DNA of 64,000 nt from Mobula hypostoma (Eukaryota). This document shows positions 51,532 through 63,850 of this stretch, in pieces. The translations under genes and the position numbers were made by a program. The notes beneath the pieces were generated by a model, which was given only the letters and a program-made list of their open reading frames with translations, was not told the DNA's origin and searched no databases. Each line of letters opens with the position of its first letter. Positions within the stretch are counted from its first letter, which is position 1. The DNA lies in contig NC_086106.1 in the NCBI RefSeq assembly GCF_963921235.1, forward strand, positions 103,788,001 to 103,852,000. The letters run 5' to 3'.

Positions 51532-52221
51532 TGTAGCCCCCCTGGTAAGCCTCAGGGTCGCTCAACTTGCTGCCATCTAGGGGAAACAGCCCTCAGCCCT
51601 GCCAAACTGGGTAATTAAGTTTGTGTGGATGCTGTGTGATGTACCCCACCCTGCCAAATAACAGACAGTATACCAGATACAATTAACTGAATTACAATTT
51701 TTAGATATTACTGGAACTATGTAATTAATAGAGATAAAATATAAAAGGAAAATAAAAGGCGCCAAACTAATCAAAGTTCAATCTCTTCGTGCACAAACAG
51801 CTGGAGCTCTAGTAACAATCCTCTTTTCACCATTCGATCTCCTCTGACCACCTCGACCCGCCGCCTGGGACCAACCACGGTGGTCGACCAGATGCTCCAC
51901 ACGAGTCTGTCTTCGTCTCCTCTCCTCGCCGAAGACCCTGGACTTCGGACTCCGACTCGGGGTCCAACCCGCCGGCCAGCTCACAGCATCGTGTCCACTC
52001 TCTCTCTCCCCATCATGCCATCTGCCCCAAAAACCAGCGCATCACAATAGCTTATAGACACATAAGAAAGAATAACATCTATCCCAATTGGTTAGCAACT
52101 GAATACAACTCCCTCTATAACCCAAACAAGCTGCTAGTGAAAGAACTTTCTCAGCAGTTAATATAACAAAGAAGCCATTTTGATTATCCTACGCAGTAAC
52201 ATAAAAGAAGAAACCCTTACA
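51532..52221 (-). mobile_element. Solo LTR of the myosin-carrying Gypsy family, inserted in a CR1 fragment
   Basis: Homologous end-to-end to 8519-9417; TGTA...TACA ends; 4-bp TSD CTAG (51528-51531, 52222-52225). Confidence 0.92.
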
Positions 52222-52329
52222 CTAGCTAAATGGATACACAATTGGCTTGATAGTAGAAGGTGATGCGGGAAGTTGTTTCTTGGCTGGAGCCCTGTGACTA
52301 GTGGTATGTCTTGGGGTCGGTACTGGGAC

Positions 52330-53955
52330 CATAAGACCATAAGACGTAGGAGCAGAATTAGGCCATTCAGCCCATCGAGTCTGCTCTACTATTCCATCAT
52401 GACTGATCCCAGATCCCACTCAACCTTATACATTTGCCTTCTCACCATATCCTTTGATGCCCTGACTGATTAGAAATGATTAACTTCCACCTTAAATATA
52501 AACATAGACTTGGCCTCCACCGCAGTCTGTGGCAGAGCATTCCACAGATTCACCACTCTCTGGCTAAAAAAATTCCTCCTTCCCTCTAAAAGGTTGCCCC
52601 TCAATTCTGAGGCTGTGATCTTTAGTTCTATTAACCCCCACTATAGGAAACATCCTCTCAACATCCACCCTGTCTAGTCCTTTCAACATTCGGTAGGTTT
52701 CAATGAAATCCCCCCGTATTCTTCTAAATTTTAGAATTCCAGTGAGTACACTGTCAAAGCTGTCGAACATTCCTCATATTTTAACCTCTTCATTCCCGGA
52801 ATCATCCTTGTGAACCTCCTATGGACTCTGTCCAATGACAACACATCATTTCTGAGATATGGAGTCCAAAACTATTGACAATACTCCAAGTGCAGCTGGA
52901 CTAGTGTCTTAAAAAGGCTCAGCATTATCTCCTTGCTTTTATAGTCCCCTTGAAAAAATGTCAACATATGGTACTAGGACCATAAGACGTAGGAACAGAA
53001 TTAGGCTGTTCAGCCCATCAAGTCTGCTCTGCTATTCCATCATGACTGATCCCAAATCCCACTCGACCCCATACACCTGCCTTCTCGCCACATCCTTATA
53101 TCCATATCCATATCCATTTGTGCTTCTTTACCACAAATTCAGCCTGTAAGTTAACTTTCTGGGTGTCTTGCACGAGGACTTTTATTCCCTCTGCACCTCT
53201 GATGTTTGAACCTTCTCCCCATTTAGATAATAGTCCGCACTATTACTTCTTTTACCAAAATGCATTACATTGAATTCCATCTGCCACTTTTTTGCCCATT
53301 CTTCCAATTTGTCTAAGTCCTGCTGCAATTGCATTGCTTTCTCAGCACTACTTACCCCTCCACCTGTCTTCATATCATCCACAAATTTTGCCAAAAAGCC
53401 ATCAATTCCACTATCTAAATCATTGGCAAACTATGTGAAAAGTAGCTGTCCCAATAGTGACCTGTGAGGCCAACCAGAAAAGGCCCCTTTTATTCCCACT
53501 TGCTGCCTCCTGCTTGTCAGCCATTCTGCTATCCAACCAGTATCTTTCCTGTAAGGCCATAGGGTTTTATCTTGTTAAGCAGCCTCATGTGTGGCACCTT
53601 ATCAAAAGCTTTCAGAAAATCCAAGTAAATGACATCCACTGCCTCTCCTTTGTCAATCCTGCTTGTTACTTCCTCGAAGAACCCTAACAGATTTGTCAGG
53701 CAAGATTTCACATTACAGAAATCACGCTGACTTTGACTTATTTTATCATTAGTCTCCAAGTACCTCAAAATCTCATCTTTAATAATAGACTCCAACACAT
53801 TCCCAACCACTGAGGTTAGGCTAACCAGCCTATAATTACCTTTCTTTTACCTTCCTCCCTTCTTAAAGAGTGGAGTGACATTTGCAATCTTCCAGTCCTC
53901 TGGGACCATGCCAGAATCAAATGATTCTTGGAAGGTCATGACCAATGCATCACTC
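52330..53955 (-). mobile_element. CR1 ORF2 RT 3' half (degenerate, with a local duplication)
   Basis: SCLTNLLGFFEEVT, IYLDFLKAFDKVPH, AKFVDDMK; 52320-52450 is repeated at 52968-53100. Confidence 0.88.
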
Positions 53956-55146
53956 TACATTTTTGTTTTTCATCTCTATCAACAGTTTGGTTAAGAATGT
54001 ACAGGACATCATTAGTAAGTTTGCAGGTAACATAAAAAATAGTGCAACATGGTAGCAGGCAGTTCAGTCTAACGAGCCCATGCTGGGTCGAACTAGTCCA
54101 TGGCATAAAAAGAGGTTGGGACCCCATGGTTTAAAAGGTTATCAGCCAAACATTGGCGAATGGAACTAGCTTGGATGGAGCAATTTTACTGCCATGGGTT
54201 GATTAGACTGAACTGTCTGTTTCCATGCTGTATGACTCAATAACTATGAGTAAGTTTTCTTCATTTCTATGAACTGGTTACATCTCTAGCTAAAACCCAA
54301 TGAATGATGTTCCCTTCTTGTTTTGTTATAATGTTATTGGTAGAAGTCTGTGCAAATTTCACTTTAAGGCAATAACTAAAACCAGTCACACAAGTGTAAT
54401 ACAAAGCACAATCCCAAGATTAAGACTTAATACTTTATAAGTCTTTATAAACCTTTGAAGTTCTAATTAAGACTCCTTGATCAACACAGGGAATCTGATT
54501 TGGCATTTGGTTCTGTTTTGTAGCTCAGGATAATTTTTCAAGGTGACGTGAGTATTTCAAGTTCCTTTTGCAAAAAAAAAATGCCAGAATAGTTAATGAA
54601 ATAGAATAGGTGGGAACTGCACAAAAAAGTTGCAAAAAAATGTAAGAGTGGATAAAGAAAGAGAAAGGTTTATTCTTGGAGTTATCAGAATCAGAATTAG
54701 GTTTATTAACACTGACATGTGTCGTGAAATTTGTTAACTTAGCAGAAGCAGTACAATGTAATACATAATAATATAGAAAAAAAGACAAATTAATAACTAG
54801 ATGAAACAATTAGAGTTAGTATATACCCGCCGATAAGGGGGGTGCTGTTGTAGTCTGGCGCACTGACCTCTACCTTGCCGAGGCACAGCGACAACTCGCG
54901 GATACCTCCTCTTATTTACCCCTCGATCGTGACCCCACTAAGGAGCACCACGCCATTGTCTCCCACACCATCACCGACTTTATCCACTCGGGGGATCTCC
55001 CATCCACTGCTACCAACCTTATAGCTCCCACACCTCACACTTCCCGTTTCTACCTCCTACCCAAGATCCACAAACCTGCCTGTCCTGGCAGACCTATTGT
55101 CTCAGCTTGCTCCTGCCCCACCGAACTCGTTTCTGCATACCGCGAC

Positions 55147-56385
55147 ATGGTTTTATCCCCCCTTGTTCAATCCCTTCCTACCTATGTTCGTGACACTTCT
55201 CACACTCTTAAACTCTTCGATAATTTTAAGTTCCCTGGCCCCCACCGCTTTATTTTCACCATGGATGTCCAGTCCCTATATACTTCCATCCCCCATCAGG
55301 AAGGTCTCAAAGCTCTCCGTTTCTTTTTGGATTCTAGACCTAATCAGTTCCCCTCTACCACCACTCGGCTCCGTCCAGTGGAATTAGTCCTTACTCTTAA
55401 TAGTTTCTCCTTTGACTCCTCCCACTTCCTCCAAACTAAAGGTGTAGCTATGGGCACCCGCATGGGTCCCAGCTATGCCTGCCTTTTGGTTGGCTTTGTG
55501 GAACAATCTATGTTCCGTGCCTATTCTAGTATCTGTCCCCGACATTTCCTTCGCTACATCGACGACTGCATTGGCGTTGCTTCCTGCACGCATGCTGAGC
55601 TCGTTGACTTTATTAACTTTGCCTCCAACTTTCACCCTGTCCTCAAGTTTACCTGGTCCATTTCCAACACCGCTCTCCCCTTTCTAGATCTTTCTGTCTC
55701 TGTCTCTGGAGACAGCTTATCCACTGATGTCTACTATAAGCCTACTGACTCTCACAGCTATCTGGACTATTCCTCTTCTCACCCTGTCTCTTGCAAAAAC
55801 GCCATCCCCTTCTCGCAATCCCTCCTTCTCCGCCGCATCTGCTCTCAGGATGAGGCTTTTTATTCTAGGACGAGGGAGATGTCCTCCTTTTTTAAAGAAA
55901 GGGGCTTCCCTTCCTCCACTATCAACTCTGCTCTCAAATGCATCTCCCCCATTTCACGTACATCTGCTCTCACTCCATCCTCCCGCCACCCCACTAGGAA
56001 TAGGGTTCCCCTGGTCCTCACCTACCACCCCACCAGCCTTCGGGTCCAACATATTATTCTCCGTAACTTCGGCCACCTCCAACGGGATCCCACCACTAAG
56101 CACATCTTTCCCTCCCCGCCCCTCTCTGCTTTCCGCAGGGATCACTCCCTACACGACTCCCTTGTCCATTCGTCCCCCCCATTCCTCCCCACTGATCTCC
56201 CTCCTGACACTTATCCTTGTAAGCAGAACAAGTGCTACACATGCCCTTACACTTCCTCCCTTACCACCATTCAGGGCCCCAGACAGTCCTTCCAGGTAAG
56301 GCAACACTTCACCTGTGAGTCGGCTGGGGTGATATACTGCATCCGGTGCTCCCGATGTGGCCTTCTATGTATTGGCGAGACCTGA
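55147..56385 (+). CDS. Penelope reverse transcriptase with start of GIY-YIG domain (412 aa ORF, TE-encoded)
   Basis: RT motifs DVQSLY, GVAMG, YIDD; VIY/CIG GIY-YIG variant. Confidence 0.9.
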   Translation: MVLSPLVQSLPTYVRDTSHTLKLFDNFKFPGPHRFIFTMDVQSLYTSIPHQEGLKALRFFLDSRPNQFPSTTTRLRPVELVLTLNSFSFDSSHFLQTKGVAMGTRMGPSYACLLVGFVEQSMFRAYSSICPRHFLRYIDDCIGVASCTHAELVDFINFASNFHPVLKFTWSISNTALPFLDLSVSVSGDSLSTDVYYKPTDSHSYLDYSSSHPVSCKNAIPFSQSLLLRRICSQDEAFYSRTREMSSFFKERGFPSSTINSALKCISPISRTSALTPSSRHPTRNRVPLVLTYHPTSLRVQHIILRNFGHLQRDPTTKHIFPSPPLSAFRRDHSLHDSLVHSSPPFLPTDLPPDTYPCKQNKCYTCPYTSSLTTIQGPRQSFQVRQHFTCESAGVIYCIRCSRCGLLCIGET

Positions 56386-56914
56386 CGCAGACTGGGAGAC
56401 CGCTTTGCTGAACACCTACGCTCTGTCCGCCAGAGAAAGCAGGATCTCCCAGTGGCCACACATTTTAATTCCACATGCCATTCCCATTCTGACATGTCTA
56501 TCCACGGCCTCCTCTACTGTAAAGATGAAGCCACACTCAGGTTGGAGGAACAACACCTTATATTCCATCTGGGTACCCTCCAACCTGATGGCATGAACAT
56601 CGACTTCCCTAACTTCCACTAATGCCCCCCCTCCCCCTCGTACCCCATCTGTTATTTATTTTTATACACACATTCTTTCTCTCACTCTCCTTTTTCTCCC
56701 TCTGTCCCTCTGACTATACCGCTTGCCCATCCTCTGGGTCCCCCCGCCCCGTCTTTCTTCCCGGACCTCCTGTCCCATGATCCTCTCGTATCCCCTTTGC
56801 CAATCACCTGTCCAGCTCTTGGCTCCATCCCTCCCCCTCCTGTCTTCTCCTATCATTTTGGATCTCCCCCTCCCCCTCCCACTTTCAAATCTCTTACTAA
56901 CTCTTCCTTCAGTT

Positions 56915-56950
56915 AGTCCTGACGAAGGGTCTCAGCCTGAAACGTTGACT
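56915..56950 (+). ncRNA. Minimal type I hammerhead ribozyme in the Penelope pseudo-LTR
   Basis: agtc CTGACGA agg gtctcag cct GAAA c GTT gact: stem I agtc/gact, stem II agg/cct, conserved core boxes. Confidence 0.7.
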
Positions 56951-57817
56951 GTACCTCTTCCCAGAGATGCTGCCTGGCCTGCTGCGTTCACCAGTAACTT
57001 TGATGTGTGTTGCTTGAATTTCCAGCATCTGCAGAATTCCTGTTGTTAGAGTTAGTATATATATGTATATTGAATAGATTAATACACTGCAAAAAGCAGA
57101 AATAATACATATTAAACGTGAATTAGCATTCACAGGTTCAATGTTCATTTAGGAATCAGATGGCAGAGGGGATGAAGCTGTTCCTGAAATGCTGAGTTTG
57201 TGCCTTCAGGCTTCTGTACCTCCTTCCGGATGGTAACAATGAGAAGAGGGGATGCCCTGGGTGATGGGGGTCCTTAATAATGAACGTTGCCTTTCTGAGA
57301 CACCGCTCATTGAAGACGTCTTGGATACTACGGAGACTAGTACCCAAGATGGGGCTGACTAATTTTACAACTCTCTGTAGTTTCTTTCGATCTTGTGCAG
57401 GAGCCAATCCCCATACCAGACACTGATGCAGCCTGTCAGAATTCTCTCCACCTTACATCTATAGAAGTTTTCAAGTGTTTTAGTTGACAAACTAATTCTC
57501 TTCAAAGTTCAAGTTATGAAGGATATCTTGCCGTTGATTATAAAACATAAAACAAGCAGTTTTCTAGCCTGGAAGAAAATGGATTCTTACAAGAATCAGT
57601 GCTGGGCTTACTATTAATTATGTACGTGTAAATAATTTAAGCTCAACAATTGGAAGCATGGTACTATAATTCACAGCAAAAATGGAAGCAAATTGTGAGT
57701 ATAGCTCATAACACGAAAGAGTGTTCTTAAACATAATGCAGAGTAGTGACATAACATATTTTGTTACATATTAATACACATGTCACATCCCATGGAATTC
57801 ATAGTGCAAATGTAAAT

Positions 57818-58375
57818 ATAGTGGATTGCAGTTAATTGGGCCATTGGTTAACTGGGGCAGCCACTTGTTTGGGACAACTCTTAAAGAACAAAAAATAATC
57901 AAGAAAATTGCCACTATTCCCTTTGTTTATTTGGGACCCAATGCCATTTAATTGGGACAGGAGACTGTTGCTGAACAGGTTCTAACTAGTGTCAGTCACA
58001 TGCAATTGTGTTGCAATTTGATGATACACAGAGCTAAAATAAACTGTTTTTAAATAGCATCAGTTATCTGTGCTTGTGTTCAAAATACGATGGATTTTCC
58101 CACTGATAGTTTATGAGAAATAAGCAGCAAGACAATTCTGAACTGTTTTGCTCACTACAGTTTCAAGTATTCAGACTTGAAGATGCCAGAAACGGCCAGG
58201 AATGAAAATGAAACAATTTCACTTCTTCAACAAGTAAGAACTATGAAAAATTTGAAGGTACCAACAATCATTTTGAATATTACAATGAAAATGTGGCATT
58301 ATATGAAGGCAGTCAGATTTTGTTCATTGCATACGCTGGATGAACTCCTCCATCAATAACAGTTAGGAATTAATC
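57818..58375. mobile_element. Probable non-autonomous DNA transposon remnant
   Basis: Begins ta.agtggattgcagttaattggg with repeated (ta)attggg(ac) subterminal motifs; other end unclear. Confidence 0.35.
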
Positions 58376-58377
58376 CA

Positions 58378-58548
58378 CAGAAACTCAGCTAGTCAGGCAG
58401 CATCAGTAGAGGGAAATAGACAGGCGACATTCCAGCACAGGATTCTGCACTTCAATCCAGGTGAAGAGTGTTAACCTGAAATGTTGAATGTCCATTTCCC
58501 TCCACAGATGCTGCCTGAACCATTGAGTTCCTCTAACATTTTGTGGTT
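58378..58548. mobile_element. Fold-back mini-Penelope
   Basis: aactcagctagtcaggcagcatcagtagagggaaatagaca ... tgtccatttccctccacagatgctgcctgaaccattgagtt inverted arms around degenerate hammerhead cores. Confidence 0.6.
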
Positions 58549-60094
58549 TACTGAGAGGAGAGGTATAACAAACAAACATCTACCAGAAACTCCACCATTC
58601 GCTCAGTCAATCTGTATATATGCAAAGAATTCTACAGAAAATCTTCAGCAACCCATACAAAATGAAGGACCACAGCAGGTCAGGCAGTATCTGTGGAAGG
58701 GAGGGCACTTCCAGCATAGACCTTTCATCAGGACTCAACTTGCAGATCATACATTGCCCTCAGAACCCATTGAACTGGAATGGAAGCAAGTGCCCATGAC
58801 CCTGAGGACCTGCCTAAGAAGAGAGAGTGAGTGAAATAAAATTAGTTTGGAGAAAATTTTCCAGATGTGGAGAGATTATGCATTCAAATGTAATAGTGAA
58901 ACATTAGTAGCTGATGTCAGGAGGTCAAGTACAAGGAATGCATCTCTGTATAAAAGATAGAGTGTGGAAATGCCTTGGAGAGATCTGGAGAAATGATGAT
59001 GCAGTAACACCAAAAATCACAAACTAAATCTAAAATTAGAAATTAATAACCTCAATGTTTTCTTTTCATTATTCTGCTTACAGATCATGGCCTGATCCCA
59101 GAAAATATTATCACTAAATGTTTAGACGTTAAACATGTGTCAACCTTGAAATTCCCTGTGTAATTGCTACATAGGATAATATTACTCTATATACTTTCAC
59201 TGAATAAGCTCTTCCCATCATTTTAAAATAAGTTAATTTTGAAAGATGGAGGGCTTTGACATGTAAGAATTATAAGCAATATCTATTTACGAGACAAAAT
59301 TCACTCAAGAGACAGAAACCAACAATAAACTTTATTTATATTATTGAATAAGATTATTACATTTCAAAGCTGTGTTTTTGTGTCAGCATATATCACTTGA
59401 AAGTTAATTTCTTTTCAATATAAAATTAATGGATTACTGATTTCTGAGTTCTTAGACTACATTTGAAGCTGGTCTTGAAAAATGTAAAATGTTCTTTATA
59501 AAATATAATCCATGCGTGAAATGTTGAACTTGTTCATTTCTTCAGGCTTCTCTCGTATGTCATTGCCATTAATGGAGCCAGTTCCAGTAATAATAAATAA
59601 TATATGTTCCCACAGAATTTATATTCCAATTACTCTCTTTAATAGGAGTTTCTTTTCTTAACATGGTATCCTTTTTTTTTCTCTCTTGTGGCCTCAGAGC
59701 TGAAATAAGATGCAGCTCAACAACCAATTTCCAAACTCAAAAGTTCATTCTTCTTACAATAGTATAGTAAATAGAGCTAAAATTTGTACTTAGTTGCATG
59801 CATTAATCACACTATATAGTAGTTTCTGCACATTATGATTCTACTGACCCCAATAGAATAGAATTTCAGAGAAAAATAACAAGCAATGAGCAGATGATAT
59901 TATCGAATGCCTCCTTCTGATGTGACTGAACACTTCCTTTCATCCTGTGATTCCATCAACTGCTGAGTAGATACTGTGGAGATACTTTCAGATGAGCACA
60001 AGTCTCTACTCAGTTGACTACTTCACAAGAGAACAAATTAAGCTACATTTATAGCAACAGTACAATTACTCGAGTTGAGTATGATTTTCTCCTA

Positions 60095-60182
60095 GCAGGA
60101 CTTCCCAACCTTTTTTTATGTCATGGACCATGGACTCTACCATTAACCAAGGGGTCTATGGCTCCCGGGTTGGGACCCACTG
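60095..60182. mobile_element. Small hAT-type MITE
   Basis: Ends caggacttcccaacc ... ggttgggacccactg; a related copy lies at ~54055-54127. Confidence 0.5.
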
Positions 60183-60299
60183 AAAGGAGTTGTCTATTGG
60201 TGGGTCCTAGGGTGATATTCATGGACAATCCAGGATCCTCATATTCTGGTGCAGTGTGGACAAGAGTAAGTTGTGGCTGTGGGTAATGGTTGAGTCTTT

Positions 60300-60815
60300 T
60301 GGTTGTTCAGTTTTTCCTGTCACAGGTGGGACTTGTTCTCTGTGGCACAGCAGAAGTTGCTCCCATGTAGCACAGCTTCCTCTTCAACAGATTTCCTCCA
60401 GGTGTGTCTATCTTCAGGCTAATTTTGTTGTCATCTTTGAAGCATTTCCTTTGTCGAACAGGAGCTCACTGACCTCCCTTCAGCTGGGAGTAAAGGATCT
60501 GTCTGGAGAGACATGAGTTAGCCATTTGGATGACATGACCTATCCACTGGAGTTGGTATTGTTTTATCATGGTGGAAGTGCAGATCATGTTGGCCTCCTC
60601 CAGCACACTGGTGTTAGTGTGTCTGTCCTTTCACTGATCCGCAAAACCATTCACCCTTAAAAATGTAGACCATGTTCGCTACCTGGGCAGCATTCATTCC
60701 TCAAAGCAGACATCTAATCAGAGATCAACTACTGCCTGAGTAGTGCTAACCAAGTGTATGCAAGATTAAGGAAAAGAGTCTTTGAAGACCACCACCTACA
60801 GGTCCAAACAAAACT
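60300..60815. mobile_element. RTE LINE fragments in inverted orientation
   Basis: rc: TNTSVLEEAN, QLQWIGHVIQM...RSQ.APVRQRKCFKDDNK; plus strand: LKNVDHVRYLGS, YARLRKRVFE. Confidence 0.6.
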
Positions 60816-61515
60816 TTGGAAGGTGCTGCACTTCAGAAGGACCAACCAAGGTAGGCTTTATACAATGAGTGGTAGGGGGCTGAACAATGTGGTAGAACAG
60901 ACTGTTCCGGGAGTACAGATCCATAATTCCTTGAAAGCGGCATCACAGATAGATTAGGATCATCAAGAAAGCTTTTTGGCACACTAGCCTTCATAATCAA
61001 TGTATTTACAGCAGTTGGGATGTTATGTTAAAATTATATAAGATATTTTTGAGCCCTAATTTGGAGAATTATGTGCAGTTTTGGTCACTTACCTACTGAA
61101 AAGATGCAAATAAGATTGCAAGAGTGCAGAAAAACATTACAAGGATGGATTGCATCGGTTAGGATTTTATTCCCTGGAATAAAGTCTATTAAGGGGAGAT
61201 TTGATAGAGGTATACTGAATTATGACAGGTATATATAAGGTAAATGCAAGCAGGCTTTTTCCACAGTGCATTTTGGGTGAGTTTAGAGCTAGAAGTCATG
61301 GGTTAAGGATGAAAGGTAAAATATTTAAGGGAAAATTTGTTCAGAAAGTGGTGAAAGTGTGGAATGAGCTGCCAGCGCAAGTGGTGGATATGGGTTTGAT
61401 TTCAACATTTTAGAAAATTTAGGATAATCACATGGATGGGAGGAGTATGGAGGGCTATGGTCTAGGTGTTGGTCAATGGAAGCAGGCAGATTAATGATTA
61501 ATGGGTCGAAGTTTT
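60816..61515 (+). mobile_element. CR1 3' fragment
   Basis: KVLHFRRTNQG, LSPNLENYVQFWS, RARSHGLRMKG. Confidence 0.8.
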
Positions 61516-61794
61516 TGTGTTTATCGTGTTCTTTGATTTTATGACCTACAGTAGACACCTGAAAGTCTTGGAACTACACTACCAAAATAAACTACATTTA
61601 TATAGCATTTTCCACATCTTCAGGATACTTTGCAGCCGATTATTAACTTTTATAACAGGGTTGGAGCTGACATTCCAGTTGAAAGTATTTCTGTGGTTTG
61701 ATTGAATGAACACTGCAGGATCTCCCCAGGTAACAAACACCTGACCTAAATCAGCTCGTACCTAGAAATGAGCATTTTGTAGATTTGTAAGACT

Positions 61795-62260
61795 TCTGAA
61801 TTCCAGACAGTATAGTCCCAGGCCACTCAATCTCTCCTCATTAACCCCTTCAATTCCAGGATCAGTGTGGTGAACATCCCCTGCACCACCTCCAAAGTCT
61901 GTATATCTTTCCTCAAGTCAGGAGATCAGAACTCATGCAATATTCCTGTGTGACTTCACCTGTACCACATAGTGTTGTAGTAACCTCCCTACGATTAAAT
62001 TCAATCCCTTTATCACTAAAGGCCAACATTCCATTTGCTGTGTCAACTTGTTTCACCTGCAAACCAGCCATCTGCAATTCATGCACAAGAACTCCCAAGT
62101 CCCTCTACACAACAGCATGCTGTAGTCTTTCCATGTTTAATTAATAACCTAATTTTCTATTTTTCTTCCACACTTACCAACTTTATACTCCTTATCCCAG
62201 ACCCTTCCCCACTCACTTATGCTAACTATATCTCCCTGCAGACTCTGACAATTTACTTTT
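61795..62260 (-). mobile_element. CR1 fragment
   Basis: ORF 61913-62098 LGVLVHE..ANGMLAF..KGIEF. Confidence 0.7.
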
Positions 62261-62295
62261 CCACTCAATTTAGCTTGAATCTTTGATTGTAAAAC

Positions 62296-62381
62296 TGAAG
62301 GGTCTCAGCAAAAAACGTCGGCTCCTCTTTTCTCCATTGATGTTGCCTGACCTGCTGAGTTCCTTCAGCAATTAGGGGACG
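62296..62381 (+). mobile_element. Short Penelope-derived insertion starting at the hammerhead core
   Basis: tgaagggtctcagcaaaaaacgtcggct; flanked by TTGATTGTA(A/T)AAC (62283-62295, 62382-62394). Confidence 0.65.
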
Positions 62382-62506
62382 TTGATTGTATAACATGAAG
62401 CTTTTAGTCAGTGCTAATGAACTAAGCTGACTAAAAGCCTGATTCTTTTCTCTTTAGTAAACTATGCATTATTACTACAGAGCAGGGGAGAATGAGAATC
62501 TTGTAA

Positions 62507-62912
62507 TAGATAGATAGACAGTAGACACTTTATTGATCCCAAAGGAAATTACTGTGTCTCATTAGCATTACAAGTGCACAGATACCCAAATATTAGAAGA
62601 GAATAGACAATGGACAATAGACAATAGAAGTAGGAAAGAATTAAAAATAAATTACCTCAAACAGTCTAACAGGAGAGAGTCATCACTTTCCCGGCTACAG
62701 GTTGACTCATTACAGATCCTAATGGCTGAGGGTAAGAATGACCTCATATAGTGGTCCCTAGAGCAGTGCAGTTGTCTTAGTCTATTACTAAAAGTGCTTC
62801 TCTGTTCAGCCAAGGTGACATGCAGAGGGTGAGGAACATAGTCTAGAATTTCCAGGATTTTCCAAACGGTCCTTTGTTGTACCACAGTCTCCAGTGTGTC
62901 CAGTTTGACTCC
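62507..62912 (-). mobile_element. Rex-type LINE 3' end
   Basis: ORF 62652-62939 HPLHVTLAEQRSTFSNRLRQLHCS...SFLPSAIR. Confidence 0.75.
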
Positions 62913-62916
62913 TATA

Positions 62917-63525
62917 CAGTGCCTATAAAAAGTATTCACCCGGCCCCCCCGGAAGTTTTCATGTTTTATTGTTTTATAACATTAAATCACAATAGAATTA
63001 ATGTTGCTTTTTTTGACACCGATCAACAGAAAAAGACTCTTTTATGTCAAAGTGAAAACAGGTTTCTACAGAGTGATCTAAAGTAATTACAAATATAAAA
63101 CACAAAATAATTGATTGCATAAGTATTCATCCCCTTCAAGTCAGTATTTAGTAGATATACCTTTGGCAGAAAAAACAACCTTGAGTCTGTGTGGACAGGT
63201 CTCTATCAGCTCTGTACATCTGGACACTACAATTTTTGTCACGTTCTTCTTTACAAAACTGCTCAAGCTCTGTCAGATTGCATGGGGATCATGATTGAAC
63301 TTTTCAATTCCAGCCGCAAGGTCTCAATTGGCCTGCGGTCTGGACTCTGACTTGGCCACTGGACATTAACTTTGTTGTTTTAAAGCCATTCCTGTGTAGC
63401 TTTGGCGCTATGCTTGGAGTCATTTTCTTGTTGGAAAACAAGTCGCAGTTCTCTTGCAGACTACATTAGGTTTTCCTCCAGGATTTCCCTGTTTTTTTTT
63501 TTGCCGCATTCATTTTACCCTTTAT
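62917..63525 (-). mobile_element. Tc1-like transposon, one end (IR/DR type) plus transposase remnant
   Basis: TA|CAGTGCCTATAAAAAGTATTCACC terminus; inner repeat ataagtattcatcccc at ~63119; rc FQQENDSKHSAKATQEWL and WPSQSPD..PIE. Confidence 0.85.
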
Positions 63526-63619
63526 ACTCTGCAGTACAAGATGTTAAACAATGCATTTATTAGTCTATTGTGCACTGCCTGTTTATCACACTTACACCTG
63601 TGCCATTAAATTTCTTGGT

Positions 63620-63850
63620 AGATACGTTAATTGAGTGGGAAGTTATTTCCAGGATGCAGGAGGAAATTGTTCTGCTGTTCTTTGAAGTAATGACTAAATC
63701 TCTTATCATATTGGAAAAGCAGATGGAGACCTTCATTTAACAGTACATCTAAAGAAACTGCACCCATAACAACACAACGATCTTTCTACGATGCATGGAA
63801 TTTAATCAGCCTAGCTTTTTGAATTCAACATTTAAGTGAGCTAAAGCTAA
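63620..63850 (-). mobile_element. Ancient Deu-domain-type SINE remnant
   Basis: ctgctgttctttgaagtaatg...agcagatggagaccttcatttaac...tcagcctag resembles DeuSINE consensus as remembered; L2-type SINE tails at ~11450-11500 and ~61590-61640. Confidence 0.35.

Larger units (their letters stand above)
54826..57045 (+). mobile_element. Penelope-like element (RT + GIY-YIG endonuclease), 5'-truncated, young
   Basis: One frame from 54826 to 56622: PADKGG, PKIHK, GRPIVS, MDVQSLYTSIP, GVAMGTRMGP, RYIDD, GVIYCIRCSRCGLLCIGET*RRL; single internal stop at 56383. TSD TTAGAGTTAGTATATA (54810-54825, 57046-57061). Confidence 0.95.
54683..57505 (-). mobile_element. Rex1/Babar 3' fragment interrupted by a Penelope element
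   Basis: (ATCAGA)n tail at ~54683; ORF 57156-57407 KDPHHPGHPLFSLLPSGRRYRSL. Confidence 0.85.

Noticed and set aside
55097-56619. Several overlapping alternate-frame ORFs (e.g. 55727-56299)
   Set aside because: Shadow ORFs from the C/T-rich codon bias of the Penelope ORF.
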